From IMG/VR virus record IMGVR_UViG_3300032283_000551, positions 1 to 64,000 of that record: a stretch of DNA of 64,000 nt; one strand, given 5' to 3'. Made by a program: the position numbers and the translations under genes. Below, piece after piece: positions 20,163 through 28,306 of this stretch. The stretch's first letter is position 1. Each line of letters begins with the position of its first letter. The stretch comes from a virus. Taxonomy: Duplodnaviria > Caudoviricetes. Below the pieces are notes generated by a model, which had not been told where the DNA came from, did no database searches, and was given only the letters and a program-made list of their open reading frames with translations.

Positions 20163-23100
20163 ATGGTCGATTTTGTATTAGGTAGATTGAAGTTTGTCTA
20201 TAAAGGCAACTGGTCGACCTCTACTGCGTTTATTAAAGATGACATCGTAACTTATGGTGGTCGTTCGTATGTCTGTGTGGCTAATCACACTTCAAATGCT
20301 TCTGCTTCAGGTGGTTTCTATACAGATTCTGCTAACTGGAATCTTATTAATGATGGTGTAGCTAATCGTGGTGTGTGGTCGACCTCAACATACTATAAGA
20401 TAAATGATATTGCTAAGTACGGAGGCAAAATTTACATTGCAACAAGCGGTCACACATCAAACGCAACAGCTAATGGTGGCTTCTACTCTGATTCTTCGAA
20501 CTGGCAACTACTGAATGATGGTGTTGAGAACAGAAGCACTTGGTCAACATCTTCTTACTATAAGATCAACGATATTGTAAAGTACGGTGGTAAGACCTAT
20601 ATCGCTACGTCTGGTCATACATCGAATGCTACTGCTAATGGCGGGTTTTATTCAGACTCAAGTAACTGGCAACTACTGAATGATGGTGTTGAGAACAGAA
20701 GCACTTGGTCAACTTCCACTTACTATAAGATTGGTGATGTTGTAAAGTATGGCGCTCGCACATACATCGCTATCACAGGTCATACATCTAGTGCGACTGC
20801 CGCAGGCGGTTTCTACACTAATATTGCTAACTGGTCTTTGCTCAACGATGGTATTGAGAATAAAGGTACTTGGGCAAGTGGCACCTACTATAAGATTAAC
20901 GACATTGTCAAATGGGGCGCAGATCTCTACATTTGTAATACTGGTCACACTGCTGGTACAAATTGGGTAGATACAGAAGCAAACTTCACACTTTTTGTTG
21001 GTGGTCTAGAATTTGAAAATACATGGATAAATTCAACCCTTTACCAACCAGGTGATGTTGTAAGATATGGTGGTTATCAATTTGTAGCTACAAACGAATC
21101 CACAAACGCTATTCCTACAAATACTTCTTTCTGGAGTGTATTCTCAACAGGATTTTCTGTTCAGGGTGCATACAGTAATTCCACTCCTTATAAGCCAGGT
21201 GATGTCGTCCAGTTTGGTGGTTATGTTTATTCTGCTCGTGTAGACACTACAGGTATACTACCATCAAACACTACTAATTGGGATCTGGTAAGCTACGGTG
21301 CAAAGTGGAATGATAATTGGTCAAATACCACTACTTACTATAAAGGTGATACCGTCAGATATGGCGGATCATCCTATATCTCAATAACGCATGCTAACGC
21401 AAATAATGAACCAGATCCAGGCAATACTTCTAACTGGAATTTGTTATCTCAGGGCGCTAACGCCACTATCAATCTGACTAATACAGGTGATATACTTTTC
21501 TTAAATACCGGTGGTTTAGACGGGGTTGCAATCGGCTCGAACGGGTACGTTTTAACAACCAATACTTCAGGTCTTCCACAGTGGCAGAGTGGTGCATCAA
21601 ATAATGTTTACTATGTAAGCACTGATGGTGTTGACGCTTCTGATGCCGGTAGATCTCTGATTAGACCATTCAGAACAATCAAGTATGCTACTCAGAATGT
21701 TCCAAACAATTCTGTTATTATGGTCAAGGCTGGTTCTTATCAAGAAATTCTACCTATCACAGTACAATCTGGTGTTTCTGTTATCGGTGATAGCCAAAGA
21801 ACAGTTACAGTAACTCCAGCTGGTGGATACTCCGGTGCTGGTAACACTATGTGGTTGCTATCTAATGGTTCATTGATTAAGCAAATGACATTTACTGGTA
21901 TGACTGGATTTATTCCCGGTGGTACCGCTGATGACATTACAACCGCAACTATAGGTGGTGTATTCATCAGATTGAATCCCGCAAGTCCAATTACAACTAA
22001 AAGTCCTTATGTTGTAGAATGTTCTGCAATATCAACAGGCGGAACAGGTGTAATCGTCGACGGATCTGTGCATGCTTCCGGAAATCGAAGTATGCTTTTC
22101 CATGCTTATACTAACATCAATGATGGTGGTATTGGGTATTGGATAAGCAATAATGCCAGAGCTGAAACCGTTTCTTGCTTCACATACTTCTGTTATTTTG
22201 GTTTTGCCGCAACTGGTGGTGGCTTCATAAGAGGTCTAAACAACAATAACTCTTACGGTAACTACGGTGCGGTATCTAGAGGCTTCGATGCTACCGAAAC
22301 TGTTGTTACAGCTAGAGTGTCAGGCGAACAACTTCAGCTTACCGCTAATTCGGCAATGACTTATACTGTTGGTGAAACAATCACTGGTGCCACTTCAGGC
22401 GCTACGGGAACAATCAATAATATTCAAGCAGCTGCCAACAAGTTATACTACTCGAGAACAAATGCTAACACTTTTGCCAATAGTGAAAGTATCGTAGGTG
22501 CTACTTCAGGTATTACCGGTATAGTCACGGGCAGTGGCGTTACGGGACAGAAGGGATTTGTTGTAGTAGCAAATAACTTTACTGTTGATCCGACTTTGTT
22601 TTCTGGTAGAAGTATTGAATTCTCAGGAGATTCCAGTGCATACGTCGTTCAGACGGTAAGCGGTACTTATACCAATACTCAGAGCAAGATGATTTTTGTT
22701 CTTGCACAAGAAAAAACAACTGCATCGAGCAATAGCGCAAACGTCGTATTCAGACAAAACTATTCACAGATTCGTTTAACCGGTCACGACTTCTTGGATA
22801 TTGGTACTGGTAATACGGTAACTACAAATTATCCAAATGCGCCTGTCACAATGCCTTCACAAACAAATGAAGTTGTTGAAGGTCGTCCGGGTCGCGTTTA
22901 CTACGTATCAACTGATCAAAATGGTAATTTCCGTGTTGGCGATTACTTCCGAATTGAACAGGCTACAGGTAAAGCAACTCTTGATGCATCAGCGTTCAAT
23001 CTTTCAGGTCTGTCAGAACTAAGACTTGGTTCGATTGGTGCCCAGCTCGGTGAATCAATTAATGAATTCTCGGCTGACGGTACTCTTGCTGGTAATTCGA

Positions 23101-23207
23101 ATGTTGCAGTTCCAACCGAACAAGCCGTAAAGACGTATGTTGATACAAATGCAATAACACTAATAAATGGTGCTCAAATAATAGCATATATAAATCTACA
23201 GGTATAG
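20163..23207 (+). CDS. Virion fibre protein with CBM5/12-like W-x-Y-x-D-V-x-YGG repeats
   Basis: Four to five 55-aa repeats; then a YYVS..G.D...G.S...PF.TIKYA beta-helix-like region; C-terminal VPTEQAVKTYVD. Confidence 0.7.
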   Translation: MVDFVLGRLKFVYKGNWSTSTAFIKDDIVTYGGRSYVCVANHTSNASASGGFYTDSANWNLINDGVANRGVWSTSTYYKINDIAKYGGKIYIATSGHTSNATANGGFYSDSSNWQLLNDGVENRSTWSTSSYYKINDIVKYGGKTYIATSGHTSNATANGGFYSDSSNWQLLNDGVENRSTWSTSTYYKIGDVVKYGARTYIAITGHTSSATAAGGFYTNIANWSLLNDGIENKGTWASGTYYKINDIVKWGADLYICNTGHTAGTNWVDTEANFTLFVGGLEFENTWINSTLYQPGDVVRYGGYQFVATNESTNAIPTNTSFWSVFSTGFSVQGAYSNSTPYKPGDVVQFGGYVYSARVDTTGILPSNTTNWDLVSYGAKWNDNWSNTTTYYKGDTVRYGGSSYISITHANANNEPDPGNTSNWNLLSQGANATINLTNTGDILFLNTGGLDGVAIGSNGYVLTTNTSGLPQWQSGASNNVYYVSTDGVDASDAGRSLIRPFRTIKYATQNVPNNSVIMVKAGSYQEILPITVQSGVSVIGDSQRTVTVTPAGGYSGAGNTMWLLSNGSLIKQMTFTGMTGFIPGGTADDITTATIGGVFIRLNPASPITTKSPYVVECSAISTGGTGVIVDGSVHASGNRSMLFHAYTNINDGGIGYWISNNARAETVSCFTYFCYFGFAATGGGFIRGLNNNNSYGNYGAVSRGFDATETVVTARVSGEQLQLTANSAMTYTVGETITGATSGATGTINNIQAAANKLYYSRTNANTFANSESIVGATSGITGIVTGSGVTGQKGFVVVANNFTVDPTLFSGRSIEFSGDSSAYVVQTVSGTYTNTQSKMIFVLAQEKTTASSNSANVVFRQNYSQIRLTGHDFLDIGTGNTVTTNYPNAPVTMPSQTNEVVEGRPGRVYYVSTDQNGNFRVGDYFRIEQATGKATLDASAFNLSGLSELRLGSIGAQLGESINEFSADGTLAGNSNVAVPTEQAVKTYVDTNAITLINGAQIIAYINLQV
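20200..20960 (+). repeat. 165-nt (55-aa) tandem repeat array
   Basis: About 50 identical nt (AACTGGCAACTACTGAATGATGGTGTTGAGAACAGAAGCACTTGGTCAAC) at 20499 and 20664; the protein repeats continue on both sides. Confidence 0.9.
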
Positions 23208-23218
23208 GAATTATTTAA

Positions 23219-26062
23219 ATGACAACAGCAAGATCAATTATTCTTTCATCGGTTGCAAATACACTAACCACCGTCTATACAAATACGACTGGTAAGACAG
23301 CTGCATTGAAATCTATTAATATCAATGGTATTGGAAATCCTGAGACATTAACCACTACTACAGGTGGTGATGAATGGTTGTATTTCGGTACAAACATGGC
23401 ACCATTGATTCCAACTAATTTTGGTGCCAGTGCTAATTATGGATATAGTGTACCAGTATCCGTTCAGCTATCTGCAGATAGACTGCTTTTAATTTGGCAG
23501 CCAGATTTTATGCATAATATTGGTCAGAATGATCTTCCAACTACAGCTACTATTCATACGCAAATAGTTGAGTATACTGGAACAAAATATCGCGCAGGAC
23601 CAATTGTTAATGTAAATCTTGGTAGTTTCATATCGAGTTATATTGATGCTGCAGGTAATACATTACATACCATTCCTGCCAGTGGATTGACTAATGGATC
23701 TTCTCCAAGTTTTAAAGCAATTGCATTATCTGCCACAAAAGTTGCATGCACTATTCGTTTTGGTAGTCTTTTTCAACTTTTCCGTTTGTCTATTGTTGGT
23801 AACTCTGTTGAAATAAGCAGTTTGACTAATCTAGATATTACCACCTCTATGTTTGGCACTACTGCCCTTCATTATGATATAGCACCAGTAGCGAGTAGTA
23901 CAAGTCAAATTACTGTTCTTGGTACAGACGGTACCACATGGAAAATGAGAGCATTTAACGTGCCTGATAGCGGTTCAATAACTGCTTTAGGTACAATGTT
24001 TGACACAACAATTGCGCATTCAACATATATGGGTGCTATATCTGAGAACAACAAAACAGCCGTTGGTAATTTAACTTACTACACTGTTGCTTGCGCCACT
24101 GCAGCAACGACCGGCAGTATTAGACTTGTTTCATATGATAGCAGTACAAATACATTTACTAATGTTGGTGCAGCTGCAGCAATCACAGCTACTACCAATT
24201 GGCGATCAATTAAAGCAGAGTGTTTATCAGCTAATACGACATCTAATGCCGTAGTTGTAACAAATGATCCAAGTAATACTTCGACTATCAATGTCTATAG
24301 ACAAACTAGCACATCAGCTGCTTCAAATACAAATGCTGCCGGTACAACAAATACTGCAGTTGCTAATAGAACAATTTCATTCTCTTATAGATGGGGTGAT
24401 TCAAGAGCAGTATTCTTCGGCGACAATAGTCTTTTTATGGTTGACAGTTCCGGTACATTTACAGATCTGATTTCTTCTACACTTGATAGTTCGGCAACTA
24501 CAAACTATAGAAATCTTTGGTATAACTTCGAATCAAGACCGTTATATACGTTCTATGATCCAGGTACAATTCAGGCAGATCGTCCTTCACAATACTATTC
24601 CAGAACTGGTATGACATCAGTTACTAATCCTGGTATTAGAACAACAACAGGTAATTATTTTCCCTGGGGTCATGAATATGGCAATCATTATGATTGGTCT
24701 GAAGTTGCTGGTTGTTGGATGGTCGCACAGTATGGCAAAATTTATGCCATTAACACTGATGGCGTAATACTGGATGAAATTTCGTTGAATAATCTGTATC
24801 CAGATTTGACAACTAGTACGTATGCTTATGATATAAGAAATCTTATAGTGCTTCCTTCCGGAAGACTATTGATGTGTCTTGCTCCGTATACGATGACATA
24901 CCCAGTTTCAAATTATAGTGCTAGATATGCTGTTCAATGGAATACCACTGCAGCAGCCGGATATGCTATTAGTACACAACCAATTCTAAATCCAAAAGAC
25001 TTGAATAGAGCATCTGTCCAAACAACTCTATCTCTAAGTACTTTTGGATGCTCAGCTCACTTAACTAGCAATGTTGATTTCAATGGTGAAGAACGTGCAT
25101 ATCTACTATGGCATAATGGAGCTGCATCACCAGCAACACAGATTAGTCAGTATTTTGGTACCGGTTGGCAAACCACAACTGCTACTTCTTTCACTAATGC
25201 AGCTGCTGGAGCTTGGAATGTTGGTTATAATTCACCAGTAAAATTGATTCAAGATACTCCAGCAACAGCATTGTATCCACGTGGTCTTTGGCGTGTAGTT
25301 GGTTGTGATATCAGCACTCTTGTTGAAACTAGACGATTACGCGTAAGTGGACGCTGGGATATTTTATCACAGGCAAGTTCTTTAGCAACTACTGGCGGTG
25401 TTACACTGAATGCTGGTGGTTCAACATACAGTCGTTATGGTATGGCAGCTAAGAGATACAAAAATATTGCTGTAGTTGCGACTCACAATGCTAATACTAC
25501 GATAAGCACTCCTACGCATATTTGGTCTTCAATTGAAGGTAAATTGAATTCGCTTTATGGTTGGTACGCAGGATTATATACAACAGCCGTACCAACAACA
25601 AATTCTCAATATACATCACTAGCAGTAACAAGCCGTGGTTATGCTGCAGCACATAATAGCACTGCTGGTGTTGTCAATGCGGTTTCAGTTGCTTATGTAT
25701 TTGACAGCCTACAGACTATTACACCTAGAGTTACTTTTGCTAATACTTCAAACAGCGGATTCTACACTCTGAAGTCCACCGGTGATATTGTATTCCAAGT
25801 ATATAATGCAGCTAATGCTACCAATTCGGCAGTAGATGCAGTATATTCAATTACTGGTAATAACGATATAGCTAAATTTACATTGGCATTGTTTGATGGA
25901 AGTAATACCTTCTTTATTGCTAATCAAACATTTTCAACAAGTAATGCTACCTATGTTCGAACCAATGATACTTACTTGCTCGCTAATAACGGCAGTATTA
26001 AGATAGCAACTGATAAAACTAATGCTCTTTCTGCTCTATTAACAATTGTTGAAGAGGTATAA
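23219..26062 (+). CDS. Putative receptor-binding tail protein (large insertion in a small beta-sandwich domain)
   Basis: N-terminal LTTVYT..KTA.LKSINI and C-terminal L..NGSIKI.TD..ALSALLTIVEE match the two halves of a common ~120-aa phage domain; S/T/A-rich interior. Confidence 0.5.
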   Translation: MTTARSIILSSVANTLTTVYTNTTGKTAALKSININGIGNPETLTTTTGGDEWLYFGTNMAPLIPTNFGASANYGYSVPVSVQLSADRLLLIWQPDFMHNIGQNDLPTTATIHTQIVEYTGTKYRAGPIVNVNLGSFISSYIDAAGNTLHTIPASGLTNGSSPSFKAIALSATKVACTIRFGSLFQLFRLSIVGNSVEISSLTNLDITTSMFGTTALHYDIAPVASSTSQITVLGTDGTTWKMRAFNVPDSGSITALGTMFDTTIAHSTYMGAISENNKTAVGNLTYYTVACATAATTGSIRLVSYDSSTNTFTNVGAAAAITATTNWRSIKAECLSANTTSNAVVVTNDPSNTSTINVYRQTSTSAASNTNAAGTTNTAVANRTISFSYRWGDSRAVFFGDNSLFMVDSSGTFTDLISSTLDSSATTNYRNLWYNFESRPLYTFYDPGTIQADRPSQYYSRTGMTSVTNPGIRTTTGNYFPWGHEYGNHYDWSEVAGCWMVAQYGKIYAINTDGVILDEISLNNLYPDLTTSTYAYDIRNLIVLPSGRLLMCLAPYTMTYPVSNYSARYAVQWNTTAAAGYAISTQPILNPKDLNRASVQTTLSLSTFGCSAHLTSNVDFNGEERAYLLWHNGAASPATQISQYFGTGWQTTTATSFTNAAAGAWNVGYNSPVKLIQDTPATALYPRGLWRVVGCDISTLVETRRLRVSGRWDILSQASSLATTGGVTLNAGGSTYSRYGMAAKRYKNIAVVATHNANTTISTPTHIWSSIEGKLNSLYGWYAGLYTTAVPTTNSQYTSLAVTSRGYAAAHNSTAGVVNAVSVAYVFDSLQTITPRVTFANTSNSGFYTLKSTGDIVFQVYNAANATNSAVDAVYSITGNNDIAKFTLALFDGSNTFFIANQTFSTSNATYVRTNDTYLLANNGSIKIATDKTNALSALLTIVEEV

Positions 26063-26063
26063 T

Positions 26064-26741
26064 ATGTTATTTAAAAGTCCATTAGCAACAGATTATACTG
26101 GTGTTCCTATTATTCCTTCGACAGCGACACCTAGAGCTGCTGTCGAATTTATACAAACTATAAACATTGTTGATTTTTCTGTTTTAAGTCCTCTAGTTGC
26201 ATGGCAACCTACGAGCATTACAATTGATGCTCCTTCATGGGCTAATTTTGCTAGATACAAAAAAATTCAATTTTCAATAGGTTCTGTAGGTGGTAGTACT
26301 AATCCAATAATTACCAACTTACAAACAAGAAGAAACAATACCAACTACATTGCATCAAAACAATATACCATAGAATCTATAACTAGTACTAGTGTATTAG
26401 TATACACTCAAACAAGCTCCGCTACTGCAGTGCCGCTACATGTTGCTGTAGATTTTACTAGTAACTATATAAGACAAACTGATATCTTTATAACACAACT
26501 TGGTGGTTATTGTGAAACAATAATGGGGCGCCATAGCAGTACTATGCCTACTAATTCTATAATAAGAACTACGTTTTCAATTTTGAACTCAAGTTCAAAT
26601 TATATACCAGGTTATACTGAAACAGATACTATTGGAATACAACTTAATACTGATAGCGGCACCTTTAGACCGCCTGAAACCGGCTCTATTCAAATATCAG
26701 ATTATAGATTAGAATGTAACATTTACGGATGGTTGAGATAA
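26064..26741 (+). CDS. Hypothetical tail-fibre-associated protein
   Basis: ATG at 26064 just after the upstream stop; T/S/I-rich beta composition. Confidence 0.45.
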   Translation: MLFKSPLATDYTGVPIIPSTATPRAAVEFIQTINIVDFSVLSPLVAWQPTSITIDAPSWANFARYKKIQFSIGSVGGSTNPIITNLQTRRNNTNYIASKQYTIESITSTSVLVYTQTSSATAVPLHVAVDFTSNYIRQTDIFITQLGGYCETIMGRHSSTMPTNSIIRTTFSILNSSSNYIPGYTETDTIGIQLNTDSGTFRPPETGSIQISDYRLECNIYGWLR

Positions 26742-27088
26742 TGGAAATGACAGAAATGTATATTGTCGATAATGGTTTCTATCGTTTAATGACAGAGCAA
26801 GAAAAGCTCGAATATCTAAATGCTCAGGCTGAATCAGCAATTGAATTATCACCATCTTCTATCTCAATGAGACAATTCAAATTGCAATTATTGTCAGATG
26901 GCGCCTTAGATGATGTTGAATCGTCAATATCAACTAATACAGCCGATGATGCAAGAAAAATTCAAATTGAATGGGAATATGAAACCGTTGTTGCAAGAGC
27001 AAGCGAATTGTTTACCTTTGTTACAACATCTCTTTCCTTCAACGAAGAACAAGAAAATCAATTCCTGATTGCAGCAGGAAAACTATAA
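26741..27088 (+). CDS. Tail fibre assembly chaperone-like protein
   Basis: ISMRQFKLQLL..G.LDDVE..I...KIQIEWEY...V.R.S.L......L....E.Q...F.AA..L is a widespread tail-fibre-assembly family pattern. Confidence 0.65.
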   Translation: MEMTEMYIVDNGFYRLMTEQEKLEYLNAQAESAIELSPSSISMRQFKLQLLSDGALDDVESSISTNTADDARKIQIEWEYETVVARASELFTFVTTSLSFNEEQENQFLIAAGKL

Positions 27089-27092
27089 CATT

Positions 27093-27626
27093 GTGACACT
27101 TCGTGATCTAATTAAACAAAAGCATGATCAAGCAGAAAATCATGCTTTTGTTAAGACTCTTTTTGCCGGTAAACTCCCAACAAAAGTTTATGCAGAATTT
27201 CTTTATAATCAATTGTTCATATACAGAGCTCTTGAAGCAACTGCTACAAATGCCGGAGCTCTAAACGATATTGAAGATATTAAAAGAGTAAAAAATATTG
27301 AAAAAGATCTTGAATTCTTCAATTACACAGATTTAAAAATTCACTCCTCAACATATCAATACATCAGTTACGTAACAGAAATAACTGATGTCAATAAACT
27401 AGTATCCCATATATATGTTAGGCATATGGGTGATATGTTTGGTGGCTCGATGATTAAGAAGGTTACATCCGGTCCTGGCAATATGTATGAATTTGAGAAT
27501 AGAGTCGAACTCATACAGAAGCTTCGTTCAAAGTTATCACTAGACATGGCTGACGAAGCTAATATTGTTTTTGATTTTGCTATTAAATTATTTGAGGACT
27601 TAGCTAATGAGTATGATATTCAATAG
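27093..27626 (+). CDS. hemO: Heme oxygenase (phage HemO/Ho1 type)
   Basis: Proximal His motif K.KHD.AE, HIYVRHMGDMFGG distal-helix signature, EAN..FDFAI; probable GTG start at 27093. Confidence 0.9.
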   Translation: MTLRDLIKQKHDQAENHAFVKTLFAGKLPTKVYAEFLYNQLFIYRALEATATNAGALNDIEDIKRVKNIEKDLEFFNYTDLKIHSSTYQYISYVTEITDVNKLVSHIYVRHMGDMFGGSMIKKVTSGPGNMYEFENRVELIQKLRSKLSLDMADEANIVFDFAIKLFEDLANEYDIQ

Positions 27627-28266
27627 GCTCGTACGAGCATCAGACAATTTCCTGGATGTTCTAGCAAGAAAAGGAATTCCAGTTGAAGAAGATCATGACT
27701 TTGATTGGCCAAACTATGTTTTTAGATCCGGTTTATTTCGACGTGCACATCTTGATGTCGTGGATGCAAGAGATACAAAAAAACTCTACATGATGCATCT
27801 GTGCATCTTCCCGCATACGAACGATCCTGGTCCAATATACGGATTTGATCTGATAGCAGGTCCAAGTAAAGTCACCGGCGCTTTCCATGACTTCTCGCCA
27901 GGTTATGACAAAAAACATTACATGCTAGATTGGTTTCATGACAGAGTTGATGGCATGGAATGGTCTAAGAAAAGAGAACTACCTCAGTGGGCAAAGAACA
28001 TTTTCTCGGGTAGTATGGTCGCTGCAGGTAATATCAATACAATGGAAGAGCTTGACGAAGTGCTTTCATTAGCCAATCAAACTCTTTCTTATTATCTCAA
28101 TAACATAGGTAACTTGTCTGATATTGATTCAACAGATGCACAAAATTGGTACTGCCATAATCAAAGACAAAATCCACATACTCCAAAAGTGATGGAGTCT
28201 CTTGGATTTGATTCTGATATTGTTCAAAAATTTATATCTTCTTGTTTGTTCCCAACTGTTGAATAA
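27607..28266 (+). CDS. pcyX: Ferredoxin-dependent bilin reductase, PcyX-type
   Basis: RRAHLDVVD, MMHLCIFP, PIYGFDLIAG, GAFHDFSP, WAKNIFS..MVAAGN, NQRQNPHTPKVM..LG; Asp rather than Glu in the AHLD motif (PcyA has HLE); 20-nt overlap with hemO. Confidence 0.85.
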   Translation: MSMIFNRLVRASDNFLDVLARKGIPVEEDHDFDWPNYVFRSGLFRRAHLDVVDARDTKKLYMMHLCIFPHTNDPGPIYGFDLIAGPSKVTGAFHDFSPGYDKKHYMLDWFHDRVDGMEWSKKRELPQWAKNIFSGSMVAAGNINTMEELDEVLSLANQTLSYYLNNIGNLSDIDSTDAQNWYCHNQRQNPHTPKVMESLGFDSDIVQKFISSCLFPTVE

Positions 28267-28267
28267 A

Positions 28268-28275
28268 TATAAATA
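28268..28275 (+). promoter_or_regulatory. Late promoter TATAAATA
   Basis: Upstream of the S74 tail fibre gene; overlapping AATAAATA at 28262. Confidence 0.75.
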
Positions 28276-28306
28276 GAAAAAACAATCTCAAGGATAGGGA
28301 ACTGAG

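Noticed and set aside
20200-20960. Diversity-generating retroelement (TR/VR pair) suggested by near-identical repeats and Mtd-N-like fibres
   Set aside because: Mismatches between copies are synonymous and not adenine-specific, both copies are in-frame in one gene, and no reverse transcriptase is in the window.
27093-28266. Cyanophage identity (ho1 with pcyA/pebS)
   Set aside because: The reductase motifs fit PcyX better (AHLD, NQRQNPHTP), and no photosynthesis genes or petF are present in this window; other parts of the genome could change this.
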